Part shown: piece after piece, positions 48,205 through 59,314 of the stretch
How the letters are laid out: every line of letters begins with the position of its first letter
Position numbering within the stretch: position 1 is the first letter of the stretch
Source: a bacterium
GTDB lineage: Bacteria > UBA8248
DNA length: 64,000 bases
Direction: 5' to 3'
NCBI GenBank assembly: GCA_022828125.1
Contig: JAJEJD010000012.1
Span: forward strand, 1,309-65,308
The notes under the pieces: generated by a model
The model's input: only the letters and a program-made list of their open reading frames with translations
Database searches by the model: none
What the model was told of the DNA's origin: nothing
Made by a program: the position numbers and the translations under genes

Positions 48205-49110
48205 GTGGCGACGAACATAGAACGCATCGCACTGACCGCATGGGCGGAGGCGCAAACAAGTCCGCTCGACTTCACCGGGCTGACGACCTGGCTCAAAGAG
48301 AGGGGCTTCGAGGTCCACCTCGATCTGGACACGGGCCGCATGGCGGGAGAGGAAGCGGGGCTGCCCCGCGAGGAAGTCGTGAAGCGCGCCGATCTGGTGA
48401 TCGTCTTCGGCGGCGACGGCTCCATGCTGCGCACCGCGCACAACATCGGGGCGGAATCCCCGCTGCTTTTGGGCATCAACACCGGGCATCTGGGCTTTCT
48501 GGCCGACGTCCCCCAGGCCGAACTCTACCCGGCGCTCGAGAGGATATTGATAAAAAAAGAGTTTTCCATCGAATCGCGCATGCGGCTCGGCGCGGAGGTT
48601 CAAATCAACGGGGGCGCCCCGCCTGCGCTGTCCGACTCGCTGAACGACATCGTGCTCACCACCGGGCCCCTGGCGCGCATGGTCGAATACGAGGTTCAGA
48701 TGGAAGGCAGGCATCTGGGCTATTTCCGCGCGGACGGCCTCATCGTCGCCACGCCCACGGGCTCCACGGCCTATTCGCTCTCCGCGGGCGGGCCGCTCGT
48801 GCTGCCCGACCTGAACGTGATGCTCATCAACCCGATTTGTCCGCACACGCTCAGCAACCGGCCCATCGTCGTGCCCGCCGAGACGGAGCTTGAAATCACC
48901 ATCTTCCCGGACACCGAAGCAGAAGGACGCGAGGTCCTCCTCACGCTCGACGGCTTTCCGGGGTGTGAGCTCGAAGCCGGCGATTCGGTGAAAATCCGGA
49001 AAAGCCGGACCCCCGTGCGGATCATCCGGCCCAAGGGGGCGGATTTCTTTCAAACCCTGCGTGAAAAACTCTTGTGGGAGACCCACCCGCGCGGCGGGCG
49101 GAAGACGTAA
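48205..49110 (+). CDS. nadK: NAD+ kinase
   Basis: GGDGSML (GGDG motif). NxGxLGFL. DGLIVATPTGSTAYSLSAGGP. The ORF is open from 48064 and overlaps the upstream gene; the GTG at 48205 is proposed as the start. Confidence 0.8.
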   Translation: MATNIERIALTAWAEAQTSPLDFTGLTTWLKERGFEVHLDLDTGRMAGEEAGLPREEVVKRADLVIVFGGDGSMLRTAHNIGAESPLLLGINTGHLGFLADVPQAELYPALERILIKKEFSIESRMRLGAEVQINGGAPPALSDSLNDIVLTTGPLARMVEYEVQMEGRHLGYFRADGLIVATPTGSTAYSLSAGGPLVLPDLNVMLINPICPHTLSNRPIVVPAETELEITIFPDTEAEGREVLLTLDGFPGCELEAGDSVKIRKSRTPVRIIRPKGADFFQTLREKLLWETHPRGGRKT

Positions 49111-49116
49111 AACCAC

Positions 49117-50832
49117 ATGCTCCGCCTGCTCAAAATCACGAATTTCGCCATCATCGACGACCTGGAAATCGCCTTCGGGGCGGGCCTGAACGTCCTGACG
49201 GGCGAGACGGGCGCGGGGAAATCCATCATCTTCGACGCCCTGAATCTCACCCTGGGCGCGCGCGCGGGAGGCGACATCGTTCGCGGTGGCGCAAAAGAAG
49301 CGATTGTCGAATCCGTCTTCGAGATACCCGATACCGCGGGCGGCCTCTCGGCCCGCTCGCTGCTCGAAGAAGCGGGCGTGGATTTGGAAGAAAGCGGCGA
49401 ACTCATCGTGCGCCGCCGTGTCGCGGAGGCGGGCAGAAGCCGCATCTACCTGAACGGCGTCCTCGGCACCGCCTCGCTGCTCTCGCAGGTGGGCGAGCGC
49501 CTCGTGAACATCCACGGCCAGCACGCGCACCAAAGCCTCCTGCGCCCAGCCTCCCACCTGGGGCTTCTGGACGACTTTGCGGGAACGAGCGGGGCGCGAG
49601 CCGCTCTCGGTGAGACGGTGCGCGAACTGAAAACCGCAGAGGAAAAACTGAGCGCGCACCGCGAAGGCGTGCGCGAGCGCGCCCAGAGGGCGGACCTCCT
49701 GCGCTTTCAGGTCGAAGAACTCGAAAAAGCCGCCCTGCGCGCAGGCGAGCTGGCGGAAATCGAGGCCGAACTGCCGAGGCTCAGAAACGCGGGCCGCCTG
49801 ATAGAAGGCGCGGCTTCGCTCTATGAGCGGCTCTACGAGGCGGAAGGCGCAGTGATCGAGAGAACGGGTGAAATCAGGCGCGAACTCGAAAGCATAGCCG
49901 AACTCGACCAATCCCTGGGTTCCCTTGCGGAGGAAGTCGCATCCGCACAGGCGCAGCTTGAGAACCTCGCCGATTCGCTCCGCGATTATGCGGAAGGAAT
50001 CGGGCACGACCCCGAGCGCCTCGAATCACTTGAGGCAAGGCGCGCGCAGGTTCGCGAGATGATCCGGAAATACGGAGCCGATGAGGCGGAATGCCTCGCG
50101 TATCTTGAGGAATGCAGAAACCAACTCGCCATCGTCTCGGATGAGGAGGGAACCGAGGCGCGCCTCCTGGACGCGTGCGACGCGCTCCAAAGCGACCTCA
50201 CGAAAGCCGCCCTCGCCCTCTCGGAAAAAAGAATGCGCGCCGCAGAAAGCCTCGATGCGCGCATGGAAGAGGCGTTGGGTGAACTGGGCCTCAGGGGAGC
50301 GAGGTTCCAGACGCTCATCACGCATCAGGAAGACCCCGAGGGCTTCATCCGCACAGGCGGGCGCACGGTGGCCGTTCGCGCCGACGGGGTAGACCGCGCG
50401 CAGTTCCACTTCTCGCCCAACCCGGGCGAGCCGCCGCGCTCTTTAAGCCGCGTCGCCTCGGGCGGGGAACTATCGCGGCTGATGCTGGCTCTGGAATCCG
50501 TCCTGAGGCGCGCGGACTTGATACCCACCCTCATCTTCGACGAGGTGGACGCAGGCATCGGCGGGGCCGTCGCCGAGGTGGTGGGCAGAAAGCTGAAAGG
50601 TGTATCGGCGAGCCATCAGGTGCTCGTCGTCACCCACCTGCCGCAGGTCGCGAGTCTGGGTGATCGCCATTTCCGGGTGGAAAAGCACGTCGCCGGGGAG
50701 CGCACGCAGACGCGCGTCGAGGTGCTGGATGACGATGAGCGCGTGGAGGAGATCGCCCGAATGGGAACGGGCCTCGAAATCACCGACGCCGCCCGAGAAC
50801 ACGCGAGAGAGATGCTCGGCAAGGCGGGGTGA
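49117..50832 (+). CDS. recN: DNA repair protein RecN (SMC-like ATPase)
   Basis: 571 aa. Walker A GETGAGKS. Coiled-coil middle. Signature and Walker B at the C-terminus (LIFDEVDAGIGG). Confidence 0.9.
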   Translation: MLRLLKITNFAIIDDLEIAFGAGLNVLTGETGAGKSIIFDALNLTLGARAGGDIVRGGAKEAIVESVFEIPDTAGGLSARSLLEEAGVDLEESGELIVRRRVAEAGRSRIYLNGVLGTASLLSQVGERLVNIHGQHAHQSLLRPASHLGLLDDFAGTSGARAALGETVRELKTAEEKLSAHREGVRERAQRADLLRFQVEELEKAALRAGELAEIEAELPRLRNAGRLIEGAASLYERLYEAEGAVIERTGEIRRELESIAELDQSLGSLAEEVASAQAQLENLADSLRDYAEGIGHDPERLESLEARRAQVREMIRKYGADEAECLAYLEECRNQLAIVSDEEGTEARLLDACDALQSDLTKAALALSEKRMRAAESLDARMEEALGELGLRGARFQTLITHQEDPEGFIRTGGRTVAVRADGVDRAQFHFSPNPGEPPRSLSRVASGGELSRLMLALESVLRRADLIPTLIFDEVDAGIGGAVAEVVGRKLKGVSASHQVLVVTHLPQVASLGDRHFRVEKHVAGERTQTRVEVLDDDERVEEIARMGTGLEITDAAREHAREMLGKAG

Positions 50833-50883
50833 GGAGACGGGTGAGGTAATACGCCTCGAAATCACTTCCCCTTAGCGGATCAA

Positions 50884-51249
50884 TTACCCGATCCCGTTTC
50901 CGGTGCGGCGGATGAGCTCTTTCAACGCGGCCATGTTTTCGGCATGTTGCCTTTCCATAGCCGCCATCGTCTTTTCGTGAGCCGCCATCGTTTCCGCGTG
51001 AGACGCCATGGTTTCTTCGTGAGTCGCCATGGTTTCCGTGTGAGTCGCCATCGTTTCGGCGCGCCGTGATTTCATGCCCGCCATCCTCGCCTCGCGTAAC
51101 TTCTCATACTCGCGCGAGTCCTCCCGCATCTGCCGGAGTCCGCTGAAGATCAGCAGGCATTGCGCGCCGCCGACGGCGAGCTCCACGACGGGACCGGCGG
51201 CCGTGGCCAGCAACATGTAGAACTGGTAATCCGTCATCTCTCGCCCCAT
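50884..51249 (-). CDS. Small membrane-anchored protein with five 7-aa tandem repeats (ETMA[TSA]H[TEAK])
   Basis: N-terminal TM helix YQFYMLLATAAGPVVELAVGGAQCLLIF. 21-bp tandem DNA repeats around 50958-51062. GC-rich like the host genome. Confidence 0.35.
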   Translation of the reverse strand: MGREMTDYQFYMLLATAAGPVVELAVGGAQCLLIFSGLRQMREDSREYEKLREARMAGMKSRRAETMATHTETMATHEETMASHAETMAAHEKTMAAMERQHAENMAALKELIRRTGNGIG

Positions 51250-51625
51250 CTCTTGGAATGAAGTCAGAATGAAGATTCAGATGGGTCGTTGAAGTCCTCG
51301 CGGACAGCCACGATACCATGTCCCCGCGCGCGCCGCCAAATCGCCGGGAACGCCCGGAGGAATCCTGTCTTGGCGGATGGAAGAGCGTCTCCCATCGAAA
51401 ACGCGCGGCCCGCCACTCCGCCTCACCCTGAGTAGCGGCGAAGCCGCGTATCGAAGGTCAAACGCGATTGATGAATGAGCGTTTGCAAATTGTTTTTCCC
51501 TCACCTGCAACCGCTCTTGATGCGCCCCGGCGAACCCTCCGCCATCGGGCTTTTTCAACAAACCTCTTAAAGGGGGAGGGAAAACTTTCTTAATCGCATC
51601 CTACGGCTTCAAGGGTTTCTAAGCG

Positions 51626-52801
51626 TTAGCGCTCAATCAGCTTCAACTGAGAACCGAATTTTACGCCTGCGACTTCGCAAGCGGTTTCGATTTTTTTCTT
51701 GATGTTCCTTGTGCTGAGATGGTGCCCTACCCACCATCCATTCCCTAAGTCCAAAGATGATCGCTCCACGAACTTGGGGTCGTCATAAAGGTCATTGCGG
51801 TCTCTTGCCACTAACCTCCGTTTCCTTCCTACTGTTTCCTTCGCAAGGCGGTCCATGAAGCCGGGATCACGGTCTTGTAACTTTTTTAATATTTCAGCCA
51901 GTGTTTCTCTCGCAGAGCTGGTATTAACAGATTCTTTTTCAAGGGAAAAACCAACAAGTTTGGATTTCTTGCCGACCGCTGATTGTGATGGGATGGAGGC
52001 TGATTTCTTCGATTGGGATGGTGAGGGAGTAGTTGATCTCCTCGACTTCGAACGGGAGGGTGCAGACATGGTATTGAAACGTAGATCCCTCAAAAACGAA
52101 TCCACCTCTTCTCGGGTATCAGCTAAGTTCGGTTTCGGCTTATGTTCGTTTTCAAACTTACTTCTCACTTCTCGCACCAGAAGATCCCTAAGAGCTTGGT
52201 TAGGAGTATCTAGCAGCTCTCGCCAGACGTCTGGAATCGCGTTGCCTATTTTCTTTTTCTCCAACTTCTTTTCGTAGACATCCTCTGCGACCTTCAAACT
52301 CTTGTAATTGATGACACGGTTTCTATCGAGGTATCTTTTAAAATCCGAGGCGTGCCCGGAAATCTCATCCTCACTCGTCAATTCCATCCGATGGAACAAC
52401 ATCTCATCAAAGGCCTCTTCATCCAGCCTAGCGAGATAAAAATCCCAGCGTCTACCGTCCGTGAGAATGAGAAACCTTGGTCTCCTATCGGCACGATAAT
52501 AGTTAAATAGCTGCTCCCTATCATCTTTGTCCCCAGGTTTTTTGGGTTCTTTTATGCCACCGATCTTTTTGGCTTCTATGAAAACTATCGGCGCATTTTT
52601 CCTGAGTAGCGCGTAGTCTGCCGAACCGTCTTTACCTTTTTCGACCTCAAATTCCGTCCTTACTTTTTCTGGATCTTGAACATCCCAACCCAACGCTTTC
52701 AGGATTGGATTGATAACTGTATCCCTGACTTGCATCTCTTTTCTAAGCAAGTCAGAATGGATATTCTTAATCGCTATTTTCAAAACTTCTTCCAGACTCA
52801 T
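51626..52801 (-). CDS. PD-(D/E)xK nuclease-domain protein (Mrr / type I HsdR N-terminal-like) with a Ser/Lys-rich linker and an unassigned C-terminal domain. Encoded on a low-GC island.
   Basis: N-terminal GSADYALL...IVFIEAKK (D-x(n)-E-x-K) restriction-endonuclease fold pattern. Gene GC ~42% versus ~65% for its neighbours. GGAGG RBS upstream. Confidence 0.5.
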   Translation of the reverse strand: MSLEEVLKIAIKNIHSDLLRKEMQVRDTVINPILKALGWDVQDPEKVRTEFEVEKGKDGSADYALLRKNAPIVFIEAKKIGGIKEPKKPGDKDDREQLFNYYRADRRPRFLILTDGRRWDFYLARLDEEAFDEMLFHRMELTSEDEISGHASDFKRYLDRNRVINYKSLKVAEDVYEKKLEKKKIGNAIPDVWRELLDTPNQALRDLLVREVRSKFENEHKPKPNLADTREEVDSFLRDLRFNTMSAPSRSKSRRSTTPSPSQSKKSASIPSQSAVGKKSKLVGFSLEKESVNTSSARETLAEILKKLQDRDPGFMDRLAKETVGRKRRLVARDRNDLYDDPKFVERSSLDLGNGWWVGHHLSTRNIKKKIETACEVAGVKFGSQLKLIER

Positions 52802-52837
52802 TCTTTAAGATACCTCCTCAACAAAATAATCGTGTTT

Positions 52838-52874
52838 GCCTCAATAAAAGTAAGGGACGCATAATATGCGTCCC
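52838..52874 (-). terminator. Rho-independent terminator downstream of acs
   Basis: Perfect hairpin GGGACGCAT-aat-ATGCGTCCC, followed on the minus strand by TTACTTTTATTGA. Confidence 0.6.
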
Positions 52875-52906
52875 CTACAAATGTTGCTCTATTTAGCTCG
52901 CCTGTC

Positions 52907-54862
<1,956 letters not shown>

Positions 54863-54975
54863 GAGAATACCTCCCGGCTCGGTCAGGTGAAATCATATCG
54901 GTGGCGATTTTTCGCTATTGTTGGATATTCGCGCGGATTTCTCAAGTAGCCGCACGGGGATATGGACAGGACGAA

Positions 54976-55602
54976 TCAAAAACGGAGCGCCGCGCGCACC
55001 TCCCGAGCCGCTCGGGCGGGGTCGTCCGCTCCAAGAATCGCGCCGATGAGGGCGACGCCGCGCGCGCCTCTCTCCATACACGCCGGAGCGTTCTGCGCCC
55101 CCACGCCGCCCAGCGCGTAGACGGGGCCGCCCGCGATTTTGAGTTCGCGCCCAAAGGCCTCCAGCCCCAGGAGGGGGCCGGATGAGAATTTGCTTTTCGT
55201 CGGGAATACGGGGCTGAGCGTCACGAAATCCGCCCCTTCTGAGAACGCGGACGCCGCTTCTTCTCCCGAATGGGCGGAATAGCCGATGAGGCCCGCATAT
55301 CCTCCCGCCCGCATTGCGGAAACGGATACCGTGCCCTTGCCGAGGTGTACGCCGTCCGCTCCCAGAGCATCGGCCAATTCCGGATCGCCGTTCACGATCA
55401 GGCGCGCGCCGTGTTCAGCCGCGCACGAGGCGACTTCTCTCCCGAGCTTCAGCCGCTCATCAAAAGGCAGATCCTTCTCCCGGAACTGAACGAAGCGCAC
55501 CCCGCCTCTTAAAGCGGCCTCCAGCGCGCTCGGGAGATCGCCCGACGGGGGAGCGTTCCTGTCCGTGATGAGGTAGAGCGGGTCGAGCGTGGATGATTCC
55601 AA
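54976..55602 (-). CDS. thiE: Thiamine-phosphate synthase
   Basis: 208 aa. ThiE TIM-barrel motifs (LYLITD, VQFREK, GADGVHLG, GGV). Confidence 0.85.
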   Translation of the reverse strand: MESSTLDPLYLITDRNAPPSGDLPSALEAALRGGVRFVQFREKDLPFDERLKLGREVASCAAEHGARLIVNGDPELADALGADGVHLGKGTVSVSAMRAGGYAGLIGYSAHSGEEAASAFSEGADFVTLSPVFPTKSKFSSGPLLGLEAFGRELKIAGGPVYALGGVGAQNAPACMERGARGVALIGAILGADDPARAAREVRAALRF

Positions 55603-55620
55603 TATCTTGTCGGGCGGGTC

Positions 55621-56397
55621 TTACGACCCGATGACGCCGGCCAGCGGACTCGACGCCGTGGCGTAGAGTTTCATGGGGATGCGTCCCGCCTCATACGCGA
55701 GCCTGCCCGATTCGACGGCAAGGTTCATGGCGCGCGCCATCTTCACCGGATCGTCGGCGCCCGCGATGGCCGTCTGCATCAGGACAGCGGCGGCGCCGAG
55801 CTCCATCGCCACCGCGGCGTCCGAAGCCGTGCCCACGCCGGCGTCCACGATGACGGGAACCGATACCTGCTCCAGGATGATCCTGAGGTTATAGGGATTC
55901 CGGATGCCGAGGCCCGAGCCGATGGGCGCCGCCAGCGGCATGACGGCATGGCAACCCAACTGTTCGAGCTTCTTGCAGATGACAGGATCGTCGATGCAGT
56001 AAGGCAGCACGATGAAGCCGTCATCGAGCAGAATGCGGCACGCCTCGAGCAGGCCCTCGTTGTCGGGGAAGAGCGTGTCTTCATCGCCGATGACCTCGAC
56101 CTTCACGAAGTCCGAGCCGGTGGCCTCGCGGGCGAGCCGCGCCGTCGTCACCGCGCTCTTCACGTCGTAGCAGCCCGCCGTGTTGGGCAGCATCGTGTAT
56201 TTGTCTTTATCGAAATGCGCCCAGAAGCCCTCGGAGGAATCATCTTCCAGGTCCACGCGGCGCACGGCGACGGTGACGATTTCCGTCCCGCTCGCTTCGA
56301 GCGAGTCGCGCATCACGGCGAAACTCGGATATTTGCCCGAACCCACCAACAGGCGGGAAGTGAACGTCCTGCCCCCAATCTCATACGTGCTCATCAC
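55621..56397 (-). CDS. thiG: Thiazole synthase
   Basis: 258 aa. ThiG family ([17 protein letters not shown]; Schiff-base Lys region). Confidence 0.9.
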   Translation of the reverse strand: MMSTYEIGGRTFTSRLLVGSGKYPSFAVMRDSLEASGTEIVTVAVRRVDLEDDSSEGFWAHFDKDKYTMLPNTAGCYDVKSAVTTARLAREATGSDFVKVEVIGDEDTLFPDNEGLLEACRILLDDGFIVLPYCIDDPVICKKLEQLGCHAVMPLAAPIGSGLGIRNPYNLRIILEQVSVPVIVDAGVGTASDAAVAMELGAAAVLMQTAIAGADDPVKMARAMNLAVESGRLAYEAGRIPMKLYATASSPLAGVIGS

Positions 56398-56446
56398 ACC
56401 CCCTCCCGGCGCAGGCTCTCATGGCCGCGCCCGTTATCATTTATGA

Positions 56447-56647
56447 TCAGCCCCCGCCCACGGCGCGGACGATCTCGACCTCATCTCCGTCTGATAAACG
56501 CGTGTCCCCGTACTCGCCCCGGCGGACGATCTCCATGTTGAGCGCCACGGCGATGCCGTTCACTTCGAGCGACATCGAATCGAGAAGAGCGGCGACGCTC
56601 ACGCCTTCTTCCAGCTCCCTGTCCTCTCCGTTCACCCGGACTTGCAA
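56447..56647 (-). CDS. thiS: Sulfur carrier protein ThiS
   Basis: 66 aa ending in GGG (the C-terminal GG of the ubiquitin-like ThiS). Immediately downstream of the TPP riboswitch. Confidence 0.8.
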   Translation of the reverse strand: MQVRVNGEDRELEEGVSVAALLDSMSLEVNGIAVALNMEIVRRGEYGDTRLSDGDEVEIVRAVGGG

Positions 56648-56685
56648 GAACTCATCTCCTCAAGCGACACCCTGTAACATTCCAT

Positions 56686-56825
56686 CAAAAAAGCCGCCCC
56701 GCGATTCGGGAGCGGCCAGAAACACCCGGATTCTTCGGCCCGCTTCCCTTCGCTGGAATTACCCAGTGCAGGTTCCAAGGGTTGCCCGCGACTCAAGGCT
56801 CTCAGTACATACACCCCTAGCAGGG
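56686..56825 (-). ncRNA. TPP (THI-box) riboswitch with an intrinsic-terminator expression platform, leader of thiS-thiG-thiE
   Basis: The minus strand reads GGGGTG...CTGAGAG...AACCCTTGGAACCTG...GGGTAATTCCAGCGAAGGGAAG, matching the THI-element conserved blocks. It is followed by hairpin GCCGCTCCCGAATCGCGGGGCGGC plus TTTTTTG, directly 5' of thiS. Confidence 0.75.
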
Positions 56826-56986
56826 ACTTGCTCCAAAGAGCATATACGGATGCGCCCCGACTTGCAACGTCCGAAAGGAGGCGGCGTGTGCAATTCGCAC
56901 CTTTTTCAGGTATGAATACGGAAAACCACACGATATCGCCGGGTTCAATGAGCCTCGCGCATCCCCATCGACCGAGGAGCACCCCC

Positions 56987-58087
56987 ATGAAAGCAGCCAT
57001 CTTCCACGAAGTCGGCAAACCGATGACCATCGAACCCATCGAAGTGGCGCCGCCCAAAGAGGGCGAGGTGCTCGTGCACTACCGCGCGGGCGGCGTCTGC
57101 CACAGCGACCACCACGCCATCGCGGGCCTGTTCCCGGTGCCCACCCCCATCGTCATGGGGCACGAGGGCGCAGGCGTCGTGGAAGAGGTGGGACCCGGCG
57201 TAACCTCCGTGAAGCCGGGCGATCACGTGGTATCCGTGTGGCGCTACAGCTGCGGCGCGTGCGAGCTCTGCCTCTCGAACCGGCCCGCCATCTGCGGCGA
57301 GGGCATCCGCATGCGGGCCGACGGCACGCTCTCGGACGGCACGACGCGCTTTTCCATCAACGGCGAGAAGGTGCACCACTTCCTCGGCGTCTCCACGTTC
57401 AGCTCCCATTCGGTGATGTCCGAGAAATCGGTGCTCAAGATTCGGGAGGACATGTCGCTCGAGAAGGCGGCGGTGGTGAGCTGCGCCGTCATCACGGGCG
57501 TGGGCGCGGTGGTGAACGGCGCGCAGGTGCGTCCGGGCGAGAGCGTGGCCGTGTTCGGCGCGGGCGGCGTGGGGCTGAACGCGGTGCAGGGGGCGGCCTT
57601 GATCGGGGCGGAGCCCATCATCGCGGTGGATCTCATGCAGAACAAGCTCGAGATGGCGAAGAAATTCGGCGCGACGCACACGGTGAACTCCTCGGATGAG
57701 GACGCGGTGGAGGCCATCCGCGCGCTCACCGACGGCAAGGGCGCGCACTACGCCTTCGAGCTCATCGGCGTGCCCGAGGTGATGTCCACCGCGTTCGCGA
57801 GCGTGCGCACGGGCGGCACGGCGGTCATCGTGGGCATCGCGGACGTGAAATCGACAGTCTCGATACCCCCCGTCTCCCTGGTGACGGAGGAAAAGCGCCT
57901 CATCGGCTCCCTGTACGGCTCATCTAACCCGCGCATCTTCGTGCCCCGGCTCATCGACCTCTACATGGCCGGAAAGCTCAACCTCGACGACCTCCTCACC
58001 AAGGAATGGCCCATCGAGCAGATCAACGAGGCGTACGACGCGCTCTTAAACGGCGAGGTGGCCCGCAGCGTCGTCGTGCACGAGTAG
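56987..58087 (+). CDS. Class III-type zinc alcohol dehydrogenase (S-(hydroxymethyl)glutathione/formaldehyde dehydrogenase-like)
   Basis: Start at the internal ATG (MKAAIFHEVGKP), which has a GAGGAG RBS. GVCHSDHH. GHEGAGVVEEVG. Structural zinc CGACELC. The ORF extends upstream to 56828. Confidence 0.8.
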   Translation: MKAAIFHEVGKPMTIEPIEVAPPKEGEVLVHYRAGGVCHSDHHAIAGLFPVPTPIVMGHEGAGVVEEVGPGVTSVKPGDHVVSVWRYSCGACELCLSNRPAICGEGIRMRADGTLSDGTTRFSINGEKVHHFLGVSTFSSHSVMSEKSVLKIREDMSLEKAAVVSCAVITGVGAVVNGAQVRPGESVAVFGAGGVGLNAVQGAALIGAEPIIAVDLMQNKLEMAKKFGATHTVNSSDEDAVEAIRALTDGKGAHYAFELIGVPEVMSTAFASVRTGGTAVIVGIADVKSTVSIPPVSLVTEEKRLIGSLYGSSNPRIFVPRLIDLYMAGKLNLDDLLTKEWPIEQINEAYDALLNGEVARSVVVHE

Positions 58088-58141
58088 GGGCGTATGGGGC
58101 TGCCCCTCAAAGATGATGAACACTTGGAATAAGGACCTGCA

Positions 58142-58516
58142 ATGAAAGAACAGCTCGACCACTACGCGAACAAGCTGGCCTATGAAACCGATTCATGGGA
58201 CCTGAAAGAAGCACTCGACGGCGGCGAAAACGTCGTCGTCATCGATGCGCGATCACCCGAGGCGTTCGGGGAAGAACACATCCCCGGCGCGGTCAACATC
58301 CCGCACCGTCAGATGAACCCCGAGACCACCGGGCATCTCGATAACGATGCCCTCATCGTCACCTACTGCGACGGCATCGGCTGCAACGCCTCGACCAAAG
58401 GCGCGCTCAACATGACGCGGCTGGGCTTCCGGGTGAAGGAGCTCATGGGCGGGCTCGACTGGTGGAAGCGCGACGGCCACCCGACGGAAAGCGCCGCCGA
58501 ATCGCTTAAAACCTGA
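58142..58516 (+). CDS. Rhodanese-domain sulfurtransferase
   Basis: 124 aa. Active-site Cys loop YCDGIGCNAS. Confidence 0.75.
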   Translation: MKEQLDHYANKLAYETDSWDLKEALDGGENVVVIDARSPEAFGEEHIPGAVNIPHRQMNPETTGHLDNDALIVTYCDGIGCNASTKGALNMTRLGFRVKELMGGLDWWKRDGHPTESAAESLKT

Positions 58517-58608
58517 GGGGCCGCCCTCCCCGCCCCGAAAACCCCCGTTTGGACACTTGCGGGCGGTTTTTGATATTCTTCTACGACTTACCCCGCCGGA
58601 GGAGCGCC

Positions 58609-59238
58609 ATGGCCATCATCGACATATCCGTTCCCGTAGTGGAAGGCGAAATGCCCATCTATCCCGGAAACCCGGGGCTTTCGATGCGCTTTCACAAATC
58701 CTTCGACGCAGGGGACGACGTCTGCCTCACCGAAGTCACCTTCGGCGTGCACGCCGGCACGCATCTCGACGCGCCCATGCACTATCTCCACGACGCGGGC
58801 GGCATCGAGACGCTGAACCTCGAGACCCTCATGGGTCCCGCCCGGGTGATCGCGGTCGAAAACCACGAGTGCATCACGGCGGAAGAACTCGCCACCAAGA
58901 ACTTAGAAGGCGCCACACGCTTTCTCATCAAGACGCGAAACTCCGACGATCAGTGGTGGACGAAGCCCTACAGCCCCGACTACTGCCACATGACGGCAGA
59001 TGCCGGGCAACTCCTCTACGACCACGGCATGACGCTTCTGGGCGTGGACTATCTCGGCGTGGACGCGCCCGACCCCAACGTGCCCGTCCACTCCCTGCTG
59101 CTGCCGCTGGGCGTCGTGCTGCTCGAAGGCCTGAACCTGAGCGATGCGCCCGAGGGCGATTACGAGCTCATCGCCCTGCCCGCCCTGTTCCCGGGGCGCG
59201 ACGGCGCGCCCGCCCGCGCGGTACTGAGAACGCTCTAG
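58609..59238 (+). CDS. Cyclase-family protein (kynurenine formamidase-like)
   Basis: HAGTHLDAP metal motif. LLGVDYLGVD. Start at the internal ATG (MAIIDISVPV); the ORF extends to 58549. Confidence 0.7.
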   Translation: MAIIDISVPVVEGEMPIYPGNPGLSMRFHKSFDAGDDVCLTEVTFGVHAGTHLDAPMHYLHDAGGIETLNLETLMGPARVIAVENHECITAEELATKNLEGATRFLIKTRNSDDQWWTKPYSPDYCHMTADAGQLLYDHGMTLLGVDYLGVDAPDPNVPVHSLLLPLGVVLLEGLNLSDAPEGDYELIALPALFPGRDGAPARAVLRTL

Positions 59239-59314
59239 GCCGCTTGCCCCGAAACCGCTTTTCCGGGAATACTCCCCCCGCAAGCCGATATTCCAGTTCT
59301 CATCGAGGAGCCGC

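Noticed and set aside
48034-50007. 657-aa minus-strand ORF
   Set aside because: Antisense to nadK and recN, both of which are well supported.
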